From a virus: DNA of 64,000 bases. Of the stretch, positions 26,236 through 34,931 are shown in pieces (within the stretch, counting starts at the first letter, position 1; every line of letters starts with the position of its first letter). The stretch lies in the IMG/VR virus record IMGVR_UViG_3300044971_002889. One strand, written 5' to 3'. Below the pieces are notes generated by a model. It did not search any database and had not been told where the DNA came from. It saw only the letters and a program-made list of their open reading frames with translations. Both the position numbers and the translations under genes were made by a program.

Positions 26236-27612
26236 TTACCTACTAATCTCTTCCCAGTCCATAGACCCGTGAATATCTGCACCATTAGAATTGGAAGAAG
26301 CAACGAGAGAAAGTTCATAAGGTGTTCCTGTTAATGCATCCCTTTCCAACTGAAACTTAAATAATGCCTCTTTAAGAATATCAACTGGTGTTGAACCTTG
26401 ATTAGACCCGTACAAATATCCAGATGCTAATATTCTTCCACCAGTATAAGTTCCACCATCAATTTTATATTCCACAGAACTATCAATACCAGCATCGACC
26501 CAAGTTCCACCAACAGATGTTCCTGTTGCTCTTACTTGCCAGTTATAAACTGCATTATTTGTAATACCAAGAATTGAAAGTGCAGTTAGAATTATAATTG
26601 CATCCAATCTATTTGGTGTTGCTTTGAGACGAATTGATAGAACTGTATAATAAGTTCCTGCCGTTGTTAAATCGACTGGTGTTTGAATAGGTGTTCCAAC
26701 TGCTTGTTGCAATCCACGAAGTTCATAACCACCCTCTGAAATTACAGTAGAACAAACTTGTTTGAGTGTGCTATCACTAGTTGTAATTCCGGTATTTGCA
26801 ATCTCATATCTCAAAGGTAATGATGCTGTTGTGATATAAGTTGTATTGATAAGATTTGCATGATGGAATGAATGGCAGTGAATAAACTTACCATCAACTA
26901 CAAATCCTATTCTTACCGTTCCAAGTCCTAACCATTCAATATCCATCCACATAATCTGTGCTTTGCTAATATCTAATGTGACACCAGATGGATTTAAATG
27001 TCCAGCACCAAGCATGGTATCAACGTTCCAATCTGCTTGTGCTATTCTTGTTTCTGTTACAACTCCTGGAACATAAGTTCTTTCTACAAAATATAAATTA
27101 TTTCCATCAAGTTCTAAATACATTCCATTATCTGCACCATAGTATCCTACTCTTTGGCGAAGATTTGTTTTTGCCGGATTCATTACAAATGTATTCATTA
27201 CCTGTAATGATTTTCCTGGTTGATATGAAAATACTTTTGTTGTTTCTCTGATGACTGATGCAGTGCTTCCAACACCAACAGTCATATTAATCAGACCTTG
27301 TGCAGTTGAAAATCCAACTGTTGAACCAGTACCAACAACTAAACCACTCCAAAGATTATTATCTCTATATCTGTGCGAACTATCAAAAAGTGTTAATGGA
27401 CTTGAAGTTCTTAAACGACCAAATGCATCGGTTGCTATTGGTGGAAATGTAACAGATGCTGATGATGTTGTAGAAATTGATACTGTTCCAGTAACTGGAA
27501 ATGGATTATCAAGTGTAACAACTTGCCCATTTTTATTGGCAATCATATTCACTTCAAAAAGAGTCCTTTCTTGGTCAAGAAAGTCCTGTGTATTTTTATT
27601 AAATTGTGCCAT
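26236..27612 (-). CDS. Probable virion structural protein
   Basis: 458 aa, beta-rich; DAFGRLR and YQPGKS motifs typical of phage structural proteins. Confidence 0.6.
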   Translation of the reverse strand: MAQFNKNTQDFLDQERTLFEVNMIANKNGQVVTLDNPFPVTGTVSISTTSSASVTFPPIATDAFGRLRTSSPLTLFDSSHRYRDNNLWSGLVVGTGSTVGFSTAQGLINMTVGVGSTASVIRETTKVFSYQPGKSLQVMNTFVMNPAKTNLRQRVGYYGADNGMYLELDGNNLYFVERTYVPGVVTETRIAQADWNVDTMLGAGHLNPSGVTLDISKAQIMWMDIEWLGLGTVRIGFVVDGKFIHCHSFHHANLINTTYITTASLPLRYEIANTGITTSDSTLKQVCSTVISEGGYELRGLQQAVGTPIQTPVDLTTAGTYYTVLSIRLKATPNRLDAIIILTALSILGITNNAVYNWQVRATGTSVGGTWVDAGIDSSVEYKIDGGTYTGGRILASGYLYGSNQGSTPVDILKEALFKFQLERDALTGTPYELSLVASSNSNGADIHGSMDWEEISR

Positions 27613-27614
27613 AA

Positions 27615-27923
27615 TCAGTCACTCCAAGATAATCTTTCTGGTCTGTATCTTTCTGCGTTTTTAACTTTTATAGAATTTGCTGTTGATGGATAAATGTTGT
27701 GAACAATTGCTCCAGGATACTCTCCTTGAAGTTGCTCTGCTAAAGCATTTTTATCCATCATTTTACCTTCAACTTCTAGTCTATATAGTTTTCCCTGCCA
27801 GACCATATCAGCAAGAAAAGATTCGGTTGCTGTCTCTGGTTGAGATGAATTCATATAGAGATTTCCATTGAAATCTCCAGCAATATTGATACTTTCTGAA
27901 ATGAATTGTTGAAAAGATTTCAT
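27615..27923 (-). CDS. Probable internal head protein with capsid-targeting-like N-terminus
   Basis: Starts MKSFQQFISE, resembling the T4 internal-protein targeting sequence MKTYQEFIAE. Confidence 0.55.
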   Translation of the reverse strand: MKSFQQFISESINIAGDFNGNLYMNSSQPETATESFLADMVWQGKLYRLEVEGKMMDKNALAEQLQGEYPGAIVHNIYPSTANSIKVKNAERYRPERLSWSD

Positions 27924-27924
27924 T

Positions 27925-30240
27925 TTAGTTGCAGTTCCAACGACGGAGGGCTTTGTTGATTCTGGAATCTGGATCTCTTGCAGTTTTTGTGGAAGTCAGT
28001 TTTGATTTCATTCCAGACATACGACGGCAGAATGAAGCACGACGTTTTGCTCTTTTACCTTCTGGATTTTTTTCAGTTACTGCAGTTTGAAGTTTTGAAC
28101 CTGGATTCTCACGACGATATGCATTAACTGCTTTTTGACTTAAACCGTCAGTTTTATCTTGACGATTAACTTTTTGCCAGTCTTCCGATAATCCAAAGTC
28201 TGCTCTCCAATTAGAGAAACCTTCTGCTTTTATACGGTTTGGATATCTCTTTCCAAACATTGTTTTCATACCTTTTTTCTTATATCCAGGCCAGCATTTT
28301 TCATCAATTACTTCACTTTCTAGTTCATAGGAATTTTTAAGACTATCAATTACTTTTTGAGTCTCTTGATTTCTTGCTTCTATTTTCTTACCAACTTGTT
28401 GTGCTTTTTTTGCAAGTGTCATACCAGTAAGTGCAGTTCCAGCAGCAAGACCTGCACGTAAAGCTAATGCGGCTGGAGACTCATCAATCTGTTCACCCTC
28501 TGGTTCATAGTGTGCTACTTGGGTTTCAGTTTTTCTTTTTGCTAATGGTAATTGCGGTCCGGTTCTTTTTAAGAAAATTTCCTTTTCATTAGGATTATCA
28601 GTTCTTGATCCTTTGTTGTAAAGTTTTTGAGTCCTTTGCGCTGCTTTATGGGATTCTGGATTGATTGGTGGAAGCATTTGTTCATCGACTCCTTGAAGTT
28701 TTCCTGCTTGTCTAAGAGCAATGATTCTCTGTGTTGGAGTCATTTTTTCTTTTCTATTCATAATTTTTTTTACTGCAACATCAAATGGTTTTTTATCTGA
28801 CATTGTATCAGTATCAGCAACTTGTTCTTTCATTTCTCCACTACCAACATAGTCTGCTGCAGAATCAATATAATCTGCTGCTTTAGTAATTTTTGATTGA
28901 ACCCAAGCCTCAATATTTCCTTCACCCTTTTTCATTTTATTTCTTAATCTTTTTGCGGCACTAATAATTGTAGAAAGTTCTGAACGTGCCATTGAGTATT
29001 CATGATCATAAGATTCTGGAAAATTTCCTGGATGTGGTTTATTGGGATCGTAGTCTTTACCTAAAGCACTTGGTAAAGAATACATATCCCAAAACTTTGA
29101 ACCATATTTGCACTCTGAACGAGTTTCATTCTTTTGACATTTTGGACAATACCTGATCATTTCTGTTGCCTCCGATTTTGTACCCCAATTTGCAGCACCA
29201 ACTTTACGACACTTGACAAGTGCTCCAGATGCATATGCACTTGGCCAAACATCGTATCTTGATTTTACTTTATTATAACAGGCATCTTTAGTTCCACTAC
29301 CTTTTCCTGGTCTATCTTTTGATGCTTCGTTGAGTTCCATTGATTCTCTAATTCCTGGTTCTGCTTTTACGTAATTGGGATCTTTTTTACCTTTAGCAAA
29401 AGTGGAAACCATTGTCGGTTTTGCTCCACCAAACTTTGCTTGTTGACCTTTATCTTTTTTTCTTTTTCTTCTTACTGCAGATTTAATAAGTGCTAGTCCT
29501 TTTTTACCTTTTCTTTTTAGTGCCTTTAGTCTTCCACTACTAAAACATTTTGGTGTTTTAGTTTCTCCTGGTTCATTTGCACATGGAGAACCATCTGCTT
29601 GAACCCATCCAGGTTTTCCATCTTTAGATTTAGAACCTTTGAACCAATGATGAAGAGTTCCCTCATTTAATTTTTTAATCCAATCATCTGGGGTTTTATC
29701 ATGCTTTTCAACAAAGGCATTATGCAATTGTTTTGCTGTCATATCATGTTTTTTCATAATACGACGCATTAGATGATCAATAGAATTATATGAAGTATTA
29801 TCTAATTTTTTTAATCCAGTTTCAAGTTCTTGGACTGCATTATCTTCACAACCACAATGTTCTTTTACATCTTTAAATTTTTTATGATGCTTTTTAGCAT
29901 CCGATTCCATTTTTTTCAAACGAGTATAATAATCTGGAATTTCATCTAGATGTTGAAGAGCAATATCAGTTGCAAGATCTTTATCATTAGTATGCTCATG
30001 TTCAATGGGAATACCCATTTCAAGTTGTTTTTTTACAAAAGAAACATCAAGTCTATGCTTTTTTGCTATCTGCTCAACTGTTTTGTGAGATTTGACTTGG
30101 TGCATTTCATTAAAAGGAGATTTTGATTTAGTAGTTTCACCTTTTGCTCTTTTTTTACGAGCAGCACAATGTGCTTTTTGAGAAAATCCGCTTGGATTAT
30201 CACAATCTATTGATCTTTTATATTTGTCAGACCAACTCAT
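27925..30240 (-). CDS. Large basic multi-module protein (probable head-packaged polyprotein)
   Basis: Lys-rich modules (EHEHT...LQHLDEIPDYYTRL; DACYNKVKSRY..WPSAYASG; KCWPGY; SFC.RM.G) separated by hydrophobic-X-E motifs. Confidence 0.6.
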   Translation of the reverse strand: MSWSDKYKRSIDCDNPSGFSQKAHCAARKKRAKGETTKSKSPFNEMHQVKSHKTVEQIAKKHRLDVSFVKKQLEMGIPIEHEHTNDKDLATDIALQHLDEIPDYYTRLKKMESDAKKHHKKFKDVKEHCGCEDNAVQELETGLKKLDNTSYNSIDHLMRRIMKKHDMTAKQLHNAFVEKHDKTPDDWIKKLNEGTLHHWFKGSKSKDGKPGWVQADGSPCANEPGETKTPKCFSSGRLKALKRKGKKGLALIKSAVRRKRKKDKGQQAKFGGAKPTMVSTFAKGKKDPNYVKAEPGIRESMELNEASKDRPGKGSGTKDACYNKVKSRYDVWPSAYASGALVKCRKVGAANWGTKSEATEMIRYCPKCQKNETRSECKYGSKFWDMYSLPSALGKDYDPNKPHPGNFPESYDHEYSMARSELSTIISAAKRLRNKMKKGEGNIEAWVQSKITKAADYIDSAADYVGSGEMKEQVADTDTMSDKKPFDVAVKKIMNRKEKMTPTQRIIALRQAGKLQGVDEQMLPPINPESHKAAQRTQKLYNKGSRTDNPNEKEIFLKRTGPQLPLAKRKTETQVAHYEPEGEQIDESPAALALRAGLAAGTALTGMTLAKKAQQVGKKIEARNQETQKVIDSLKNSYELESEVIDEKCWPGYKKKGMKTMFGKRYPNRIKAEGFSNWRADFGLSEDWQKVNRQDKTDGLSQKAVNAYRRENPGSKLQTAVTEKNPEGKRAKRRASFCRRMSGMKSKLTSTKTARDPDSRINKALRRWNCN

Positions 30241-30253
30241 TGAAAAAAATGGA

Positions 30254-30676
30254 TTATTCCTTATTATTTAGAAAACCTTGTTTAAGTAACTTTGATAACT
30301 CTGATGTTGATCCCACAAATACTGCGTTATTTGTTACATTATTTGTTGTTTTTACGGATTCTTCTTCAACATCTTTTAGTTTTTTCTGCAAATCAATTAG
30401 TTTATCAGTTACATCTCCAACAGATTTGATTAATTGTCCTGCAACTTCATACGCTCTAGGACTTCCACCTTCACCAGCAAGTTCCATTATCCCATTAATT
30501 GCTTCTTGACCTTTTTCAATTAATGAATAAAGATTTGCTCTTGTATATTCATAGTCTTTTTGAATATCATCCGTTTTAATCGGTGATACATTTAATTCGT
30601 CTTTTACCTTTTCTACTTCAATAATATCACTTTGTATATTAAGAGCAGAATCTAATCCATCATATTTTTTTGTCAT
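30254..30676 (-). CDS. gp16: Terminase small subunit
   Basis: DYEYTRANLY.LI.KG, SPRAYEVAGQLIK, NNAVFVGST; follows gp15. Confidence 0.85.
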   Translation of the reverse strand: MTKKYDGLDSALNIQSDIIEVEKVKDELNVSPIKTDDIQKDYEYTRANLYSLIEKGQEAINGIMELAGEGGSPRAYEVAGQLIKSVGDVTDKLIDLQKKLKDVEEESVKTTNNVTNNAVFVGSTSELSKLLKQGFLNNKE

Positions 30677-30682
30677 AATCTA

Positions 30683-31480
30683 TCACAGGTCTCTTTGTTG
30701 TGTTGGACTATAAATTCTAGAATCGCTAAAAGATTGCCATTCTTCGTTAAATCCAAAATCATCATCTGGTTCTGCATCAATAGGATCTGGTGTGACTGTA
30801 TACCTCATTTCCCTCTTAGCAGTCTCCACGTCTGTAGATGTATATAAATCGACTTGAACTTTACGAATAAGACCATCAGTAGAATCTGCAACAGGCCCAA
30901 ACAGATAGGTTTTTGCAGTAAAATTTAAAGTATAAATTAAAATTCTTCTTGTGGAAAAATCTCCTTCATAATCATCAGTAAAAGAAACACTATCTAATAC
31001 AATAGGAATATCTCTTTTTTCTCCGATTGAATCTACTAAGTCTACAGTTAGATTAAATGCTGGTTGAAAATATGGAAGTATTTGTTCCACTACTTGTAAA
31101 GCATCATCTTGCAACTTAGTCATTATATTTAACTGAAAACCAATATTATATGGTACTGGCATGAAAACTTTTTTTATCTTATTGCCATCTAATGCTTTAA
31201 AAGTTTGTGTAATGCCAGATTTTCTTGTGGAATCATATTGAATAGATGTCATTTCAAATGACATTCTTGGTAATGTCATTGCAATTGGTTTATTTAATTC
31301 TGGTTGCTGATTTATACGTGCTAAAAATTTTTGAATCGGTCCATATGCTAAGGGAACTTTCATCTCACTTATACTATCACCTGATGAATCTTTATGTCTT
31401 ATATAAATTTCATTAAAAACTGTTCCAAAAGCAATAACAGTTTTTCTAATGATTTCGTGATAGTAGTATGTTCCTAGCAT
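30683..31480 (-). CDS. gp15: Tail sheath stabilizer/completion protein
   Basis: YYHEIIRK...FGTVFN, VPLAYGP, LPRMSFE, PVPYN, EQILPYFQP. Confidence 0.92.
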   Translation of the reverse strand: MLGTYYYHEIIRKTVIAFGTVFNEIYIRHKDSSGDSISEMKVPLAYGPIQKFLARINQQPELNKPIAMTLPRMSFEMTSIQYDSTRKSGITQTFKALDGNKIKKVFMPVPYNIGFQLNIMTKLQDDALQVVEQILPYFQPAFNLTVDLVDSIGEKRDIPIVLDSVSFTDDYEGDFSTRRILIYTLNFTAKTYLFGPVADSTDGLIRKVQVDLYTSTDVETAKREMRYTVTPDPIDAEPDDDFGFNEEWQSFSDSRIYSPTQQRDL

Positions 31481-32871
31481 TAAAATGTACCGAATGGATT
31501 TGATTCTGAAAAATCTACGATGCCGTCAGCCGCATTTTCGATTTCTACATTTTCACTATATTTATCATATTGATCCCAAGTATCATACGATTTTATAGAG
31601 TAACTAGCACCAGAGGCAGCGCCAACTAATAATTCTCCAGGATAAAACTCTTTTGTTGCAGCATTATCTACAAAAGATACTTTAAGTATTTTTGTATCAA
31701 AATCCCAAGATTTAACTCTACCTCTAGTTCCAGAAATTGATCCAAATACTTCTTCATTAAATATATAAGTTCCAATTCCAGAAATGACTGGTGGTGGTGC
31801 AATTGTAACTGTAGGTGCAACAGTGTATCCTACTCCGGGATTTATAATTCTAATAGAACTAATTGTTTGTCCTGCACCAACGATTGCCATTGCAACAGCA
31901 GTTTGTCCAACACCAACAGATCCTGCAATACTTACTATTGGTGAATTTATATAACCACTACCACCATTTGTAATGACAAATCTACTAATTCCACTTCTAC
32001 TAGTTTCAATTGAACAAGTTGCTATTGCGTTCGTACCGCCACCACCAACTATAGAAATTGTTGGAATTGTAGTATATCCTGCTCCAGCATTTGTCAATAC
32101 AATAGATTGAATAGAATAAACTCCTGCTTTAGAAGTTGTAATAGCAACAGCACTAGCATTTTGACCACCTATTGGTGCCGATGAAATTGCTACAGTTGGA
32201 GTTGAAGTATAATCATATCCATCATTATTTAAAAATATTTGTCTAATATATCCAGTGTTGATTATAGGTGTCGCAGATGCTGTAGATCCTGCACCAATTA
32301 ACTGGAGTGTTGTAATATAACCTTGATCTTCTATTTGAGTGTCTATTTCATCTATTGTTGTATCAATTACTTCATCTTCATATTCAAATAATTCACACCT
32401 AAGTTCATATACATATAATTTTCCCAACTGATAAAAATTGACCTCATGTTCAACAAATTTTACTTCGAAAATTCTTTGTCCTAGAGGAAAATAAACTAAA
32501 TCACCCTCTCTAGGTCTAGAAGAAAGAGTAATCTCTTCAGAGTTTTCTACGTTTAAAAAAGGAGATATAAAATCTTCAAATCTTTCTTTTGAAATGATAA
32601 TACTTAATTCATCTTTTAAGTTAACTCCAAATTTAGTTAAAATATCCCCTTGTCCTGTATATCCATCAAAGTTATTAACATAAGCTTCAATGGAAAAATT
32701 ATCATCAAATTTTGATGATTGTATTTCTTTAATTACAGTTTGTTTTCGTACAAATTTTCTTGGTATGTAAATAACATCCACACCATATATTTTCAATTGT
32801 TCATTAATTAAATCTTGTACTAGTCTTTGTTCTCCTGGAGAACCTTGTAAGAAAAAAGGATTTAGTGCCAT
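31480..32871 (-). CDS. gp14: Neck protein
   Basis: E.LKIYG.DV.YIPR, RPREGDLVYFP, FYQLGK, DFSESNPFG. Confidence 0.9.
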   Translation of the reverse strand: MALNPFFLQGSPGEQRLVQDLINEQLKIYGVDVIYIPRKFVRKQTVIKEIQSSKFDDNFSIEAYVNNFDGYTGQGDILTKFGVNLKDELSIIISKERFEDFISPFLNVENSEEITLSSRPREGDLVYFPLGQRIFEVKFVEHEVNFYQLGKLYVYELRCELFEYEDEVIDTTIDEIDTQIEDQGYITTLQLIGAGSTASATPIINTGYIRQIFLNNDGYDYTSTPTVAISSAPIGGQNASAVAITTSKAGVYSIQSIVLTNAGAGYTTIPTISIVGGGGTNAIATCSIETSRSGISRFVITNGGSGYINSPIVSIAGSVGVGQTAVAMAIVGAGQTISSIRIINPGVGYTVAPTVTIAPPPVISGIGTYIFNEEVFGSISGTRGRVKSWDFDTKILKVSFVDNAATKEFYPGELLVGAASGASYSIKSYDTWDQYDKYSENVEIENAADGIVDFSESNPFGTF

Positions 32872-33713
32872 TATCCAATAAAGTCGTAAGGGGGAAGTTC
32901 ATAATCCATTGCCATTCTTTGCATTAAGTCTTGTAGTTCTTTTTCGGCATCTTCGTAAATTTCTCTACCATTTAATTCAATTCCTCCTGGCAACTTAACT
33001 CCTCTAAATTTAATCAAATTTTGACCCCACTGTTTTTTCATTAATGCTGTTAAATATTTTTTAAGAAAACTATCATTATAAACTTTAGTAAAATCATTAG
33101 GATCTAAAATTCTATAACAATCTATAATTATAAATGAATCTGCTTTTTGAGCCCCCCATTCAATATCGAGATACATTCTGTTTTGTCTTTTATTGAATCT
33201 TATCTGCTTGTCTGTTGTTAATAAAAAGTCAATATCCTCTAGATAACTTTTTACCATCGCATATTGTAAAAGTTCAACAGAATTGAAATAATAGAGATCA
33301 TTTAAAAATAACTGATATTTAATACTAAACATCCCACCAGAAATAGAACTAGTATCAAACTTAAATACTTTTTCAATACCAATTACAGAATCTGGGACTT
33401 GAATATAGTTTGCAGTTTCGTAGAAGTTAAATGGAGTCGTTCCTATTCCGGATATATTTGAAAATCCTGTTGTTGTTACGATACCAACTCCGTCAGTTCC
33501 TTTAGCTTTACCTCTATCAATATCTTGTTGTGTTATTTTGTATTTTAAATACATTCTTTCAACACCATCAAAATGGCGTTCTTGAAAATATTGTAAGGCA
33601 TCATCAACTAAATCATCTATTTGATCATCGTCAATATTAATTTCTAAAACAGGTGCTCCCAATTTTCTTAAGCAATAATCTATTAATTGTTGTCTAGTTG
33701 CTGGTTTTGCCAT
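32871..33713 (-). CDS. gp13: Neck protein
   Basis: YCLRKLGAPVLEIN, QWGQNLIKF, LPGGIELNG. Confidence 0.93.
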   Translation of the reverse strand: MAKPATRQQLIDYCLRKLGAPVLEINIDDDQIDDLVDDALQYFQERHFDGVERMYLKYKITQQDIDRGKAKGTDGVGIVTTTGFSNISGIGTTPFNFYETANYIQVPDSVIGIEKVFKFDTSSISGGMFSIKYQLFLNDLYYFNSVELLQYAMVKSYLEDIDFLLTTDKQIRFNKRQNRMYLDIEWGAQKADSFIIIDCYRILDPNDFTKVYNDSFLKKYLTALMKKQWGQNLIKFRGVKLPGGIELNGREIYEDAEKELQDLMQRMAMDYELPPYDFIG

Positions 33714-34198
33714 TAATAGAATCCTCCATCTATAACGTTAGCCCAAGTTGGAACACCTGAACTATTTGTTGAAAGTATATAGTTTGTTTCAGACATTGCT
33801 AAAGAAGTTGATGCTGTAGATACAAGTTGAGTGTTATAATCAAAGTAAGCAACACCATTAGGTTGAGCAGATGGATAAAAAATTGATTGCCCAATCGTAA
33901 GAATTCCAGTTATACTTGCATTTCTGGCAGTAAATTCATCAAATACTAAATCATCACTTATGTATAGATCACCATCTATATAAACATCATTTTTAAAAGT
34001 ACTTACACCAACAAATGTTGATATACCACTAACGTTCAATTGAGTAACAGAAGCTATGCCTCCTATTACATTTTCAGAAGTTAATGCTTTTCCTCCAGAA
34101 CCACTAGAAACACTACTGACTATTTTTACAGCATTTTGCTGCCCTACTCTTACTTTAATGTCTGCTTGTTGCCCTACTTTGACTTTAATGTCTGTCAT
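33713..34198 (-). CDS. Hypothetical virion protein
   Basis: DIKV(K/R)VGQQ duplication, VSGISTF motif, terminal IDGGFY. Confidence 0.6.
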   Translation of the reverse strand: MTDIKVKVGQQADIKVRVGQQNAVKIVSSVSSGSGGKALTSENVIGGIASVTQLNVSGISTFVGVSTFKNDVYIDGDLYISDDLVFDEFTARNASITGILTIGQSIFYPSAQPNGVAYFDYNTQLVSTASTSLAMSETNYILSTNSSGVPTWANVIDGGFY

Positions 34199-34539
34199 TA
34201 TCGGGTAACTCCCTCCGTTACGAGAACCATCCCTTCAATGACTCTATTTTTCACTCCATATATATCAGTTATTACAACATCATAAACATATCTTCCAGGT
34301 TTTATATTTGTAGTTTGGGCAGAAGTTAAAGAAATTAATATTTTCCCCAAAGATTCATCTTCGACACTTGCTGTAAATGTTACAGATGTAGAACTTCCAG
34401 CCCACTTTCTCATTTGAGCAGCAACAGAATATCCATCTAAGTTAAATCCAGAATTAGTATTAGATCCTTCTAAATTAAAAGACTGACTAAAATCAGAACC
34501 AGAATTAACTACAAGATTATTTACATATACTGCTGCCAT
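34198..34539 (-). CDS. Hypothetical virion/baseplate-associated protein
   Basis: NL.VNSGSDF, AQMRK, GRYVYDV, RVIEG.V.V; late promoter upstream. Confidence 0.65.
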   Translation of the reverse strand: MAAVYVNNLVVNSGSDFSQSFNLEGSNTNSGFNLDGYSVAAQMRKWAGSSTSVTFTASVEDESLGKILISLTSAQTTNIKPGRYVYDVVITDIYGVKNRVIEGMVLVTEGVTR

Positions 34540-34561
34540 TTATTTTTTTAGGTCTACTTTT

Positions 34562-34569
34562 TATTTATA
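34562..34569 (-). promoter_or_regulatory. T4-type late promoter
   Basis: TATAAATA about 22 nt upstream of the 34539 ATG. Confidence 0.75.
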
Positions 34570-34741
34570 TGCCAACTGAACCTAAAGAACTAATAACCTC
34601 TTGCTGTCTTAAATATAATTTGCAGTATAATTTTGAAAATTTTTTAAGTTCGTCAAAATCTAAACTATCGATACATCTAACATGTTTTTCATATTCAAAT
34701 AATTTATCTATTGATTCTAATTTTATTTCATTTGGATCCAT
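34565..34741 (-). CDS. 58-aa NblA-like protein (not in ORF track)
   Basis: Manual translation MDPNEIKLESIDKLFEYEKHVRCIDSLDFDELKKFSKLYCKLYLRQQEVISSLGSVGI; GGAG 5' of the ATG. Confidence 0.5.
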   Translation of the reverse strand: MDPNEIKLESIDKLFEYEKHVRCIDSLDFDELKKFSKLYCKLYLRQQEVISSLGSVGI

Positions 34742-34931
34742 TGATAATCTCCTTCAATAGTAGTTTAATTTCTTCAATATCTTTCTTCATTTCATCTAAT
34801 TCTCTTTTTTGAGAATTTCTATTATTTAAACTATTAACATATTGATTATAAGATACATTATCACAATTAACAATTGCACCAGACTCTTCATCCCTGTATA
34901 AATTTGGGTGTCCTTTTACTGGTATCATCAT
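34728..34931 (-). CDS. Conserved small cyanophage protein
   Basis: VKGHPNLYRDE.SGAIVN plus C-terminal coiled coil. Confidence 0.7.
   Translation of the reverse strand: MMIPVKGHPNLYRDEESGAIVNCDNVSYNQYVNSLNNRNSQKRELDEMKKDIEEIKLLLKEIINGSK

Noticed and set aside
34569-34760. 63-aa plus-strand ORF
   Set aside because: Antisense to the better-supported minus-strand 58-aa ORF in a minus-strand operon
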